From positions 1 through 27,678 of the IMG/VR virus record IMGVR_UViG_3300044825_000459: DNA of 27,678 nucleotides. The stretch is one strand, 5' to 3'. Below the pieces are notes generated by a model that was not told the origin of the DNA, ran no database searches, and worked only from the letters and a program-made list of their open reading frames with translations. Source of the stretch: a virus. Taxonomy: Duplodnaviria > Caudoviricetes. A program made the position numbers and the translations under genes. Shown here one piece after another: positions 8,525 through 17,717 of the stretch (positions are counted from its first letter, which is position 1; every line of letters starts with the position of its first letter).

Positions 8525-10702
8525 TTAGTTGGATTCGCTAGCGGTTTTGGCTTTGTTGAGGAACTCCTCGTACAGAGCCTTGTACCCCTTCGCTAAATCC
8601 GGGTCGGTTGTTGCGTCTGCTTTAGCCTTGTATGTGGCTGCCTTGACCAATAGGTCGTTTGACGCGTGGTCTATTGGCTTGATGGTTCTCTTAGGACCAC
8701 CGGCTACCGCGAGTGACTTTGCAGCCGCTAACTCAGTCTCCAAACCTACTGCCTTCTCTGACGCTGCCTCTTTTGCTGCAATCAGACCGGCAATCTCTGC
8801 GGTAAGGGATTTCGTTGCGCTCTTTACTGCTTCCTCCACGATGGCTTTGATTTCTTCCTCTACATTTTCAGTAGCGGAATCTTCTTTTGAAGCTTCTTCG
8901 GCAACTTCTTCCGCCGGTGCTTCGGTTGCTTCTTCAGCAACTGGTAGTTCCTGCTCTTCTAATTCTGTCTCTTCTACTTCGGCGCTCTTAGGTGTCTCGC
9001 TTGGTGCAACCATGTCAGCAGTTGTTACGTCGTCGCGTCCATGTGTTGCTTCCGGTGTATGGCAACCGCATTCGAGGCACTTGTTTTCTGCGCTCTTCTC
9101 TGCGTCTTCCTTTGCACCGAAGTACTTATCGCACATGCTCTTGATTGCGTCGTCCTTCATGCCGGCTTCTTTGCAGCGAGCCTTGTATGCCTTTTCTGTT
9201 TCGTCCTTCATCGGCTTCAATTCTTTGTCTTTGTGCGCCGATAGTTCGATTGTCTCTTCTTCCATGACTTCTCCCTCTGCCTTTTCGCCCTCGTACCAAG
9301 CGAATAGATGATGTACTGCTGATAGGAGGTGAGCGAGAGACATCTCTTCGTTATGCCCTGCGTCCATCTCGTTTGCTTCTACGACAATTAGTTGCGCTAG
9401 TGCTGTGCGTGCGTCTTCGTAAAGTTTTTTATCGAACTTGACTGCGTCTCCTGTTGCTAGGGACTTTGCAGTATTTACGATTTCTAGCGCTGTTGTCATG
9501 TCGAACTCCTCTTGATTATCCTGTAATTGTACAGACTTTTCTGTCTTGCGCTTATACTTCCCGCCGCGCTTCTTGTACTCGCGCACGACCCAAGCATTTG
9601 CTACCGCTGATGGGTATACGTCGAACTTTTCTTTTGCCTCTGCCTTGACTCGGTTGTACAAATCCTTGTCCGCAGGTTCAGACTTTTCCCCGCCTTCGTT
9701 GATTGAGGCGTAGTCCGGCTTCTTATCCTCTGCCTTCTCAATCAATTCTTCTACTTTCCAAATGCCCTTGTTTGCGTCGTCGCTCTTGGCAAGCACAAGC
9801 TGGCAATTAGGGTTTGCTGGTCGGTCTACTAGGCTGACTTCCACAATCTGTCCGTCAATGATTCTGCCGTTTGCTGCCTTCTCGTCACGCACAATGCGCG
9901 GACCTTTAATTCCAATGCTGAATCCCTTTAGGACTCCGGTGTCTACCTTCTTTACGCTGATTGGGTCTACGACTAGCGCGTGAATGTAATGTCCGTCTGC
10001 CTTCTTCTCGTATTCCTTTGCCACGCCGGCTGCGATGTTGCTGTGCTGCTCTCTGATGTTGCCGCCGCTCTTGAACCAGTCAGGCATTGCGCTGTCGAGC
10101 CATGTAGGGTCACAGATTTGCTGGTCAATGTCTATGGAGTCATCGGTCGCTTTGCCGTAAACCATCATTGTTCCGTCTGCGTTCTTGTCAGACTTTACAA
10201 TCTGAAAGAATGCTGTTGTTAAATCGTTCACGGTTGATTTCTCCTTAGTTTCGTTTTCTCTTAGTATTTTTTTCGCCCATGCCCACCCTGCGTCTCCGCC
10301 CCAAAGTAACCAAGCGATGTAGCCGGCGCTGTCTTTGCCCCAACCCTCGCCCTTCTTGTCTACTTCATGGCGTGCGAAGTACGAGTTCATTCGCTTTATC
10401 GTGTCTAATGATAGCGCCGCTCCGTTGGATAAATCTCTTGCGCGTGCTACCCCTACTTCGGTTCCGCCTCGGCCGTATTTCTTGCGTAATTCTAGGCCGC
10501 GCTTTGCGTTGTTGCGTACTTCCTGCGGTGGTACATGGCCGGCGCTCTTGTTTGCTTCCGGCTCATTGATGTATAGCGCTGCTAACTGCTTCTTTGCGTC
10601 TTCTTTTGTTTTGTGGCACCCCATGACGGTTCCGTCGCTGTCTTTAACAACAGGAAATCCTGAGCAGCCGCTCGTTCCCTCTTCGCCGATGTGGTATGGC
10701 AT
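8525..10702 (-). CDS. Multidomain prohead protease/scaffold protein
   Basis: Central HK97/XkdF-type protease (VYGKAT..SIDIDQQI, IREQH, LKGFSIG, EVSLVDRPANP). Acidic coiled-coil C-terminus consistent with scaffold. Three additional small domains. Confidence 0.85.
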   Translation of the reverse strand: MPYHIGEEGTSGCSGFPVVKDSDGTVMGCHKTKEDAKKQLAALYINEPEANKSAGHVPPQEVRNNAKRGLELRKKYGRGGTEVGVARARDLSNGAALSLDTIKRMNSYFARHEVDKKGEGWGKDSAGYIAWLLWGGDAGWAWAKKILRENETKEKSTVNDLTTAFFQIVKSDKNADGTMMVYGKATDDSIDIDQQICDPTWLDSAMPDWFKSGGNIREQHSNIAAGVAKEYEKKADGHYIHALVVDPISVKKVDTGVLKGFSIGIKGPRIVRDEKAANGRIIDGQIVEVSLVDRPANPNCQLVLAKSDDANKGIWKVEELIEKAEDKKPDYASINEGGEKSEPADKDLYNRVKAEAKEKFDVYPSAVANAWVVREYKKRGGKYKRKTEKSVQLQDNQEEFDMTTALEIVNTAKSLATGDAVKFDKKLYEDARTALAQLIVVEANEMDAGHNEEMSLAHLLSAVHHLFAWYEGEKAEGEVMEEETIELSAHKDKELKPMKDETEKAYKARCKEAGMKDDAIKSMCDKYFGAKEDAEKSAENKCLECGCHTPEATHGRDDVTTADMVAPSETPKSAEVEETELEEQELPVAEEATEAPAEEVAEEASKEDSATENVEEEIKAIVEEAVKSATKSLTAEIAGLIAAKEAASEKAVGLETELAAAKSLAVAGGPKRTIKPIDHASNDLLVKAATYKAKADATTDPDLAKGYKALYEEFLNKAKTASESN

Positions 10703-11005
10703 TTACGCGTTGTTGAACTGGCCGGTCATTAGAACGCCTACGATTGCTGTCTGCCCTGACTTGCATACCCCGTATAGTGCGTCGCCTGAGTAGAGGTCAA
10801 TGGTGAACTTGTTTGCTATGCCGGTGGTAGTGAACTTTGTTAGCACATACCCGTTTGTGACGGAGACGTTTGAAGCTCCCACATGACAGTCGTTTGTACC
10901 GTCAATGTTGTTGATGAAGACGGTCATCTTGCCCTGTCGCCCGGTGTTACGCACAATCTCTGCGGGTACATCGGTCAACTGTTGCGAGTAACTCTTTAGC
11001 GCCAT
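10703..11005 (-). CDS. Hypothetical head-region protein (100 aa, beta-rich)
   Basis: GAGGAG RBS, tightly packed between its neighbours. Confidence 0.7.
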   Translation of the reverse strand: MALKSYSQQLTDVPAEIVRNTGRQGKMTVFINNIDGTNDCHVGASNVSVTNGYVLTKFTTTGIANKFTIDLYSGDALYGVCKSGQTAIVGVLMTGQFNNA

Positions 11006-11127
11006 TAGGACTCCTCTGATTGTTCAGTAATTGTACCCTGTGTATCTAGTCTTTCGTCTGCCTGTTCCGGTATGCGGGTTATCCACACAATGCCTTCGCC
11101 GTCGTCTACGAATCTGCTCTTGCTCAT
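11005..11127 (-). CDS. 40-aa peptide, candidate immunity/inhibitor of the MuF-ART
   Basis: MSKSRFVDDGEGIVWITRIPEQADERLDTQGTITEQSEES. ATGA overlap with the ART stop and TAATG overlap with the next gene. Not in the ORF track. The function is inferred. Confidence 0.7.
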   Translation of the reverse strand: MSKSRFVDDGEGIVWITRIPEQADERLDTQGTITEQSEES

Positions 11128-12578
11128 TGAACCACCTTTACCGTAATTACCCTGACGAGTCTTCCTCCGAGCTCTTCTTCGCGTTTAGATACTATCTCAA
11201 ACTTTGTGCCAGCGGGTAGAAGCCACTCGCTCTCTTTTAAAGTCCTACCCGAGTCTATTACCTTTTCAATCGCTAATCCTTTTGTGCCGGCTGGATTGAT
11301 AATCTGTAATTGGGTAGTGCGTCCAAATTGTAATGCTTTTGACATGCTAGCCGTTGTAGACACAAATCCATTGTCTTGGAATACGCTGCCCGGTGCTGAT
11401 TCCCACACTTCGTCTGCGAACTTTCCTATTACGCCTCGGAGCGTTATGAAGCTCTTTTCTATTGGGTCTGTCGATAGGATTGTGTTTTGTATTCTTGCAA
11501 TTCTTTCGTCGAAGATTTGCTTGACGCGTGATTGTTCTACTGCGTCTCCGAGAGGTTTCCAATACTCATCGCCGGTTCGCAAATAGTCGTTTATGCGCTT
11601 GTACCCGCTGCCCTTGTAGAAGTTTAGAGCGTCGTATTCTTCTCGCGTTAATACTCCTAGTTTCGCGTCTTGGGCTTGTCCAATCATTCCTAGTCTTCTG
11701 CTTGTAAGTAATTCGATAACTTCCGGTTTTGTCGGTTTTAATGTTGGTGTGATGATAGTCATTCCGTCGGTTGGTTCCGCGTAGAAGCTTTCGTCCAGTA
11801 CTGGTAGTAATGCGCAGCGGCAGTTCGGGTGCGCCGGCGGTTGCGTATGTCCGCTCTTGAACGGTTGCCCTACCTGTACAACTTGCCCCTCGTTAGGCGC
11901 GCAGATGTCACAAGGCATTGCGCCGCTCCACTCCATCTTTTCGACTTCGTACTTTTGGTAATTCTGTATTGTCGCCATGCTCATTGCGCGGTTTTGCTCC
12001 GTGATTGCGATGGTTAGCGCTCGCGCCGGGTCGCCTATCTTTGCCGCTATGACCTTTGCTGCTCTGCCCGGTGAGAATCCGGCCGCTATTGAGTCGGATA
12101 GTGCTGTTCCGATTCTGTCGTAGCCGACCTTCGCTATGGCCTTGCTTACTATGCCCGCGTTATCGAGTATTTCCTTAAATGCTCCTGTTGGTCTGAACAA
12201 CAATGCCGCTGCCCTGTTGCCCGGCTTCCAGTTCGCCCAGTCTATGTACTCATCTGCCTTTGTGAGCGCTGCTTTGTCCGAGGTCTTTTCCGCTCTGTTG
12301 ATTGCCTCTGCGCTTGCGTCTAATCCAAGGAGGAATCCATCTGTGTAAATCTTGGTGAGCGCTGCTATTACCGGCTCCGGGTTAATCTTGACATTCATCA
12401 TCGCCCATGCTCGCGCGCGTGCGCGGTCTTGCGCGTTGTTATCTGTTACGAACGGTTGAGTATCTTGGTACGCCTCGTAGATTGCTTGCGCGTTGATACT
12501 CGCTCGTAATGCTGCGCGCATTGTGACCGAATTCTTTGCCGCTATGCGCACATCTGCTTTGTGTGCGCCCCAATTCAT
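11124..12578 (-). CDS. MuF (SPP1 gp7-like) minor head protein fused to a C-terminal VIP2/C3-like mono-ADP-ribosyltransferase
   Basis: MuF motifs: RALTIAITE, W...CDIC, PPAHPNCRC. ART motifs: ALNFYKGSGYKRINDYLR, LRG, GFVSTT, ESEWLLP (R-S-ExE). Confidence 0.9.
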   Translation of the reverse strand: MNWGAHKADVRIAAKNSVTMRAALRASINAQAIYEAYQDTQPFVTDNNAQDRARARAWAMMNVKINPEPVIAALTKIYTDGFLLGLDASAEAINRAEKTSDKAALTKADEYIDWANWKPGNRAAALLFRPTGAFKEILDNAGIVSKAIAKVGYDRIGTALSDSIAAGFSPGRAAKVIAAKIGDPARALTIAITEQNRAMSMATIQNYQKYEVEKMEWSGAMPCDICAPNEGQVVQVGQPFKSGHTQPPAHPNCRCALLPVLDESFYAEPTDGMTIITPTLKPTKPEVIELLTSRRLGMIGQAQDAKLGVLTREEYDALNFYKGSGYKRINDYLRTGDEYWKPLGDAVEQSRVKQIFDERIARIQNTILSTDPIEKSFITLRGVIGKFADEVWESAPGSVFQDNGFVSTTASMSKALQFGRTTQLQIINPAGTKGLAIEKVIDSGRTLKESEWLLPAGTKFEIVSKREEELGGRLVRVITVKVVQ

Positions 12579-14413
12579 GCTAGGTAGGCCTTCGCCAATG
12601 ACCTTGCCGTATCGAGGTCGCCTTCTACTGCGCAGCGGTTAAGTGCTTCGCCGACAATCGGGTCAATCATCTTGAACTCGAACTCTCGTTTGCGGGTTCC
12701 TTTTGCTGCCCACTTCATGAAGGCCTTGACTTCCGCTGCTACTTCTTCCGCCGCTGCTTGCGCTGGTACTTCTTCCGCCGGGATTACTTCGCTTTCTTCT
12801 ATCTCTGTTCCGTCTTGGTCAAGCTGCGTAGCACTTGTTGTTGTTGCCGCGTTAATCATTCCGTCAGGTGAGAATAGGTAGACGCCGCTTCCGCTTACGA
12901 GGATTGGCATGTCTGCTTGCGGTGTATCTAGTAATGGTAATCCGAGTTCGCTGCGGCGCTCGTTTACTGTCTTGCCCGCGCTTGTTATTTCAATCTGCGC
13001 TTTGCGTGCGCTCGCTTCGTCGTCTTGACGCTTGCTTGGTAATAAGCGGAACTCTAGTTCGCGTGGCATACCTAGATAAGCGTAGGAGAGGTTGGTTATT
13101 ACCTTGTTGAGCCAGTTTACTAATGGCTGAACTCCGAGTGCCTCTGCGCTGCCGGCCTTTCCTTCTTCGAATCCTGCTCCGCCTAATCCGCCTTTAGGGT
13201 TGTAACCAATCTCTGTTGGTTGTACTCCGAAGTGACCGCAGATGGAAGCGATAAGGAATTCGTCGAGTGTGTCCTTGAACTTCTCGCCGTATGCGTCGTT
13301 TGTGATTGGCGTAATGCCCGTTGGTAGTAGGCGTGCGCGCTTGCGCTGCTCTGTCTGTCCGGATAAATCGTCATTGAGAATGTTTTCCCAAGCTCTTAGC
13401 AAATCCGGGTTTGTTCCCCATGTTGCGTCGGTGCTGAACATCAGTTCCGGTAGAACTCCGTCTGTGTACTCCGCGCGAATCCATTGTTGTCTGCGTAGGT
13501 AAATGTCCGCTAGTGGTAGCGCTCGCTCAACCGGGCTGAATCCGTACACGCTTGTTGTTCGGCGGTTGCGTACTAGGTAAGCAAGGTCATCTGATGTGAA
13601 CTCGCCATCTGCCTTCGGGTCGTCATTGTTTGCGCTGAACTCTGCGCGTGGGAAGCCGTACAAGATTTGCTGGTATGCCGCTTGCGGTGGCATTGGTCGC
13701 ATTCCTCTGTCGTCTAGCATCGGCTTAATCGTTGCGCCGTCTAGAATCTGTAGGCCGTATAACTCTCCGCCTACTGTCTTTTGTGGCCAGATTGCGAGCG
13801 CGTCAATTACGAGGATTTCCTCTAGCGCGATGTTCAACCAATCTGTAAATGTCAGGCCGTTTGCTTTGTCCGGGTTTTCCCAGAATGTGCGTATGCGGTT
13901 GATTTCGTCGTTTAATTCTTCTCGCGCTTGAATCATTGCGCGTACATGGTCTCCTCCGTTTTCGGCCGCAATCTTTTCAGACGCGTCGTTACCGAGAACG
14001 ATGTCCCATTCTAGACCTGTTGTCTTTCCCTTAATTACTTCAATGCACCGGCGAAGAATGTCAATCTGCTCTGCCGCTGCTCTTAATGTTTTGAACGGTA
14101 CGTTGCGTGTTTCCGTGATGTTGATGTTTTGTGCAACTTGGTACTCGTACTTGCGCGGTTCCGGTCTTCCTGTTACTGGATTGACCGGGTTGATTGCGCC
14201 CGGTGTGATTGGGATACCCGGACCGAACGGTACTCCTGCTAGTAATGGGTTTCGTGGGAGCGGTGTTGTTGTTCCATAGTTTTGTCCGATTGCGCCCGGT
14301 ACTGCGTTTCGCATTTGCTGTTCCGTCATTGTTACTGCGCCCGCTGGAAGGTTTGGAGCCTTCTCAATGTCTGTGCCGGCTATTGCTTTTGCGATACGGT
14401 CGCGTAGACCCAT
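12575..14413 (-). CDS. Portal protein
   Basis: 612 aa after TerL. Motifs LYGLQILDGATIKP, YGFSPVE, ICGHFGVQPTEIG and TVNERRSELGL. Confidence 0.92.
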   Translation of the reverse strand: MGLRDRIAKAIAGTDIEKAPNLPAGAVTMTEQQMRNAVPGAIGQNYGTTTPLPRNPLLAGVPFGPGIPITPGAINPVNPVTGRPEPRKYEYQVAQNINITETRNVPFKTLRAAAEQIDILRRCIEVIKGKTTGLEWDIVLGNDASEKIAAENGGDHVRAMIQAREELNDEINRIRTFWENPDKANGLTFTDWLNIALEEILVIDALAIWPQKTVGGELYGLQILDGATIKPMLDDRGMRPMPPQAAYQQILYGFPRAEFSANNDDPKADGEFTSDDLAYLVRNRRTTSVYGFSPVERALPLADIYLRRQQWIRAEYTDGVLPELMFSTDATWGTNPDLLRAWENILNDDLSGQTEQRKRARLLPTGITPITNDAYGEKFKDTLDEFLIASICGHFGVQPTEIGYNPKGGLGGAGFEEGKAGSAEALGVQPLVNWLNKVITNLSYAYLGMPRELEFRLLPSKRQDDEASARKAQIEITSAGKTVNERRSELGLPLLDTPQADMPILVSGSGVYLFSPDGMINAATTTSATQLDQDGTEIEESEVIPAEEVPAQAAAEEVAAEVKAFMKWAAKGTRKREFEFKMIDPIVGEALNRCAVEGDLDTARSLAKAYLA

Positions 14414-14443
14414 GGTATCTCCCTAGTTAATGCCCCTTGTAAA

Positions 14444-15805
14444 TCAGGCTTGCGTAATGATAGCAGTACCACACTTGAAACAGCGACTTGCGCTTTTCGG
14501 CATTGGTAATCCGCACTTCGTACAGAAGTTTGCTAACGCCGCGAAGTATGTTGCTGCGCTGCTCGTTCCAATCAAGCTGCTAAACCCTTGCACCATCGCG
14601 TCTAACCTGTCCGGGCTGTCTGCGCTGTCCGGTGTCCATGTCGTCATCTGCTCTTCTAGTTTGTCAAAGTTACCTACATGCTTTATTCGGCCTTGCTCGT
14701 ACATCGCTGCTACCGGTTCCGCGCGAAGCTTCTTTCCAATGTGTACTCGAACTTCCTGAATCGGCAAACTCATGTCTACTTGACGGAGAACCGCTGTAAC
14801 CATGTCGCCTCCCTGATTTACTTCCACAAGGATTGAGTCTGCTTTGTGGTCACGGAAGACTTGTACCGCCTTTTGCGCCCATTCGTTAGGGCTGCCCTTG
14901 AATGAGTAATCTGCCAACACATAACCGTTGCCCGCTGCGTCGCTTCCGACTACGAGTATTCCGGTTTCGTCGCTGTCCTTTGTGTTTGTTACTGCCGGGT
15001 CAATGCTTACCGCTATCCGGGCTAGTGGAGGTGCTATCTCTACCCTGTTGCGGTCGATTACTCCTTTTGTCCAGAGTGCGCCTTCTACATCGTCAAGGAT
15101 TTCGCCGTACAACTCCTGTCGGCCTAGTCTTGTTCCGTTGTATCGTGCCTGTAATTCTACGAGTGCGCTCGGTGCTAGGTTCGCTGCGTTATCGAAGGTT
15201 GAACCTCTTACTACCTTGACGCTGCCGTCTTCTCTCGCTACTAACTGTCTGATAAGCGAGGTTGGTCTTGGTGTCGTCGTAATGATTGTCTGCGGGTGGT
15301 CGCCGAGGCGTAATCCGAATTGAAGCTGGTCAAATGTATCCGGGTAATCCCATGCTGCTAACTCGTCACACCATGCTCCGTGATGTTGCGGACCGCGTAG
15401 ACGGTCAGGCTCCGCCGCTGAGAAGAGTTTAATCCTGCTCCCGTTGGTGAGTTTGATGTCGCCGGTTGAGCGGTTGTAGTAATCCAATGCGCCGTATTGG
15501 TGGAGGATAGGGATAATGCCCGACTCTCCCTCTGCGCAGGTGTCTCGGACGTCGCCGAATGTCGGTGCGATTACTGCCCAGCGTGTCCAGTTATGCGTGA
15601 GCGCTTGCCACACAATCCACTCCGCTGCGGTGCGTGTCTTTCCTGCTCCGCGTCCGGCTAGGTACAACCAAATTGACCAATCTTCGTCAGTCGGTAATTG
15701 CTCTTCTCTCGCTAACACCGCTGCCCAAGTTGCCCGGCGCGCCGCGAGATTGTCTAATGAGGTCAATAATTCGGGCTGTGTGTTCAATGAGTTGCTGACC
15801 CTCAT
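14444..15805 (-). CDS. terL: Terminase large subunit
   Basis: Walker A AGRGAGKT, Walker B AWCDE, motif III ITTTP, nuclease SIDPA...DETG...DRLDA. Extra C-terminal CxxC-x10-CxxC. Confidence 0.96.
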   Translation of the reverse strand: MRVSNSLNTQPELLTSLDNLAARRATWAAVLAREEQLPTDEDWSIWLYLAGRGAGKTRTAAEWIVWQALTHNWTRWAVIAPTFGDVRDTCAEGESGIIPILHQYGALDYYNRSTGDIKLTNGSRIKLFSAAEPDRLRGPQHHGAWCDELAAWDYPDTFDQLQFGLRLGDHPQTIITTTPRPTSLIRQLVAREDGSVKVVRGSTFDNAANLAPSALVELQARYNGTRLGRQELYGEILDDVEGALWTKGVIDRNRVEIAPPLARIAVSIDPAVTNTKDSDETGILVVGSDAAGNGYVLADYSFKGSPNEWAQKAVQVFRDHKADSILVEVNQGGDMVTAVLRQVDMSLPIQEVRVHIGKKLRAEPVAAMYEQGRIKHVGNFDKLEEQMTTWTPDSADSPDRLDAMVQGFSSLIGTSSAATYFAALANFCTKCGLPMPKSASRCFKCGTAIITQA

Positions 15806-16157
15806 AGACTGTTACCTCCGCTGTAATCTTGGTTGGAGCGTCTAGCCCCAGTAGTTTGATTTCCTTCTCCGCTATCCGTAGCGCTGTGTCAATCGCCCGT
15901 AGGTCGCCTTCCTTTGCTCGCGGCCACACCGCCATGTGCATACGCTCAAATCTGTCTAGAACCGTATCCCGGTACTCCTCTAGGCTTGGTCGTATCATGC
16001 GCTCCGCTGCGCGCTGGTACATCTTGTATGCCCCGCTTGCATTCTTGAACCCGACTTCGCGTGCAATCTTCTCCCAAGTTACTCCTGCTCTGCGTAACTC
16101 GATAATCTGTAATTCTTTGTCGAGTACCGCTGGAGGGGGCGTTTTTTTCCTGCTCAT
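15687..16157 (-). CDS. terS: Terminase small subunit (N-terminal HTH)
   Basis: Motifs ELRRAGVTWEKIAREVGF, GDLRAID and KLLGLDAPTK. Immediately upstream of and overlapping terL. Confidence 0.78.
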   Translation of the reverse strand: MSRKKTPPPAVLDKELQIIELRRAGVTWEKIAREVGFKNASGAYKMYQRAAERMIRPSLEEYRDTVLDRFERMHMAVWPRAKEGDLRAIDTALRIAEKEIKLLGLDAPTKITAEVTVYEGQQLIEHTARIIDLIRQSRGAPGNLGSGVSERRAITD

Positions 16158-16705
16158 GCGTTTCCTTTTCCGTAGGATAAATAGTCTCCCATAATTTGAG
16201 TAATCTCGCTAGGTGGCAATTCTCCCGGTAACTCTATTGCTTCGTACAGCGCTGCTAGGTTCCTGTGCTTCGTTGCTCTGCCTCTTGCCCATGATGGGTT
16301 TTGCGTCTTCCCTGTTTCGGCGCTTCTTGCTTCTCTTCTTGAAGCTGCTACATCTACATCTATGTCTAGGTAGAACAGGTGCAGTTTGCCATGGCTCTTT
16401 GCTAGGTCGAAGAATGTCCGGCTCGCTAGTCTGTCGCCTTCTCCGTAAATGGTTGCGCCCTCTTGCTCTGCGTACTTGTAGAACTCCGGCATTTGTGTAA
16501 TTACGGTGTTGCCGAGGGTATCTGTTCCGCTGAAATGCAATCTGTCCCAGCCGAGAGAGAGAACCTTCCCTAGATTGGGTGACTCGTACTCTTGGTACTT
16601 GAACGGTTTGTCATACATGTTTACCTTCGCCCAGTCCTTTTGAAGCTCTTTTGTCAGAGTTGTTTTGCCGCTTCCCGGCTCTCCAATAAGGTAAATCGTG
16701 TCCAA
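16154..16705 (-). CDS. P-loop nucleotide-kinase-fold protein, candidate modified-base (5hmU) DNA kinase
   Basis: N-terminal YLIGEPGSGKTT, FSGTDTL, YGEGDRL and a lid-like RREAR. Adjacent to the TET/JBP gene. Confidence 0.75.
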   Translation of the reverse strand: MDTIYLIGEPGSGKTTLTKELQKDWAKVNMYDKPFKYQEYESPNLGKVLSLGWDRLHFSGTDTLGNTVITQMPEFYKYAEQEGATIYGEGDRLASRTFFDLAKSHGKLHLFYLDIDVDVAASRREARSAETGKTQNPSWARGRATKHRNLAALYEAIELPGELPPSEITQIMGDYLSYGKGNA

Positions 16706-16720
16706 TGCCCTCCCCCTATC

Positions 16721-17572
16721 TTATTCCGGGTTTTTCAGGTCGTTTGCCATCTTCTCTTCTCGCTGCGTGCGCTTTTCTGCGCCCTTTGCTGTCTCTACTG
16801 CGTAAGTAAAGCAATCTTTCATGCCCTTTAGCGCGTAGTACACGATTGAGTAGCGGTATGCGTCCTTCGCTGTTGCGTGCATTGGTGTTACTCCGTGAAG
16901 GTACTTGTATCCCGGGAAGAACAGCACCCAGCCGTCGCGGCAAGCGCAGGTTAGGTCGTACTCCGGGAAGTTTAGGTATCCGCCTCTCATGTCGCGTCGT
17001 ACTACCGGCATTGCGCTCCATGTTGCGTAATTGAATCCGTCGCGGTGGTATGGCAGGGTTGAGGCTTTGTTTACTACGCCGCTTGTCCATAATGCGTCGT
17101 CTGTCATCTTCCACTCGTTGTCAATGCCGCTGGTCGCTAGAGTCTCTGCGTCTTGCGCGAACAGGTGCGGTGCAAACTCTTTGAACATGTCGCCGAACTT
17201 TGTGGCGAACGCTACAAGGACTGCATGCTCTTCCGGTTGCTCGTTTGCCAATGTTGTTGGTCGGCAACTCTCTCTGCGCTGGAAGACCTTGCGTGGAGCC
17301 ATGCCGAATGTCCGGGATTGGTTTTCCATTCCGGTTCCTGCGCGCTTGGTAGTGCCGTAACGGATTGCCTTTACAGACGCTCGCAACAGATTGACTTCGT
17401 CTTCCATCGGCATGTAAGCGAGGATTGGTTCCTCTGTCTCTGCGTCAATGAAGATAGCCGCTTCTCGGCAATTCGCTTCTAAGTCAGGCACCGTCGTTCC
17501 CACAAGCTCTGTCGCTTGTTCTACGCTCATTACACGGGATACTCGGATTACTGGTAACTCAGATAGTTTCAT
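16721..17572 (-). CDS. TET/JBP-family 2OG-Fe(II) dioxygenase (DNA pyrimidine hydroxylase)
   Basis: HxD in PYHRDGFN, GGYLNFPEY, distal His in LHGVTP and the 2OG-binding Arg in RYSIVYY. Confidence 0.85.
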   Translation of the reverse strand: MKLSELPVIRVSRVMSVEQATELVGTTVPDLEANCREAAIFIDAETEEPILAYMPMEDEVNLLRASVKAIRYGTTKRAGTGMENQSRTFGMAPRKVFQRRESCRPTTLANEQPEEHAVLVAFATKFGDMFKEFAPHLFAQDAETLATSGIDNEWKMTDDALWTSGVVNKASTLPYHRDGFNYATWSAMPVVRRDMRGGYLNFPEYDLTCACRDGWVLFFPGYKYLHGVTPMHATAKDAYRYSIVYYALKGMKDCFTYAVETAKGAEKRTQREEKMANDLKNPE

Positions 17573-17717
17573 TCTGTTCCTTTTCCGCTCTATGTCGTTC
17601 CTTGTAGGCTTCGTATGCGATTTTCAGTAATTCTTCGTCGTACATTTGTTCAGGTCTGATTGATGCCCAGAACTTCTTTTCTCTGTATTCGTCCATGTCA
17701 ATCACATTGTCGTTCAT
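17559..17717 (-). CDS. Small hypothetical protein (52 aa)
   Basis: MNDNVIDMDEYREKKFWASIRPEQ... ATGA overlap upstream, and it overlaps the TET start downstream. Not in the ORF track. Confidence 0.65.
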   Translation of the reverse strand: MNDNVIDMDEYREKKFWASIRPEQMYDEELLKIAYEAYKERHRAEKEQNETI

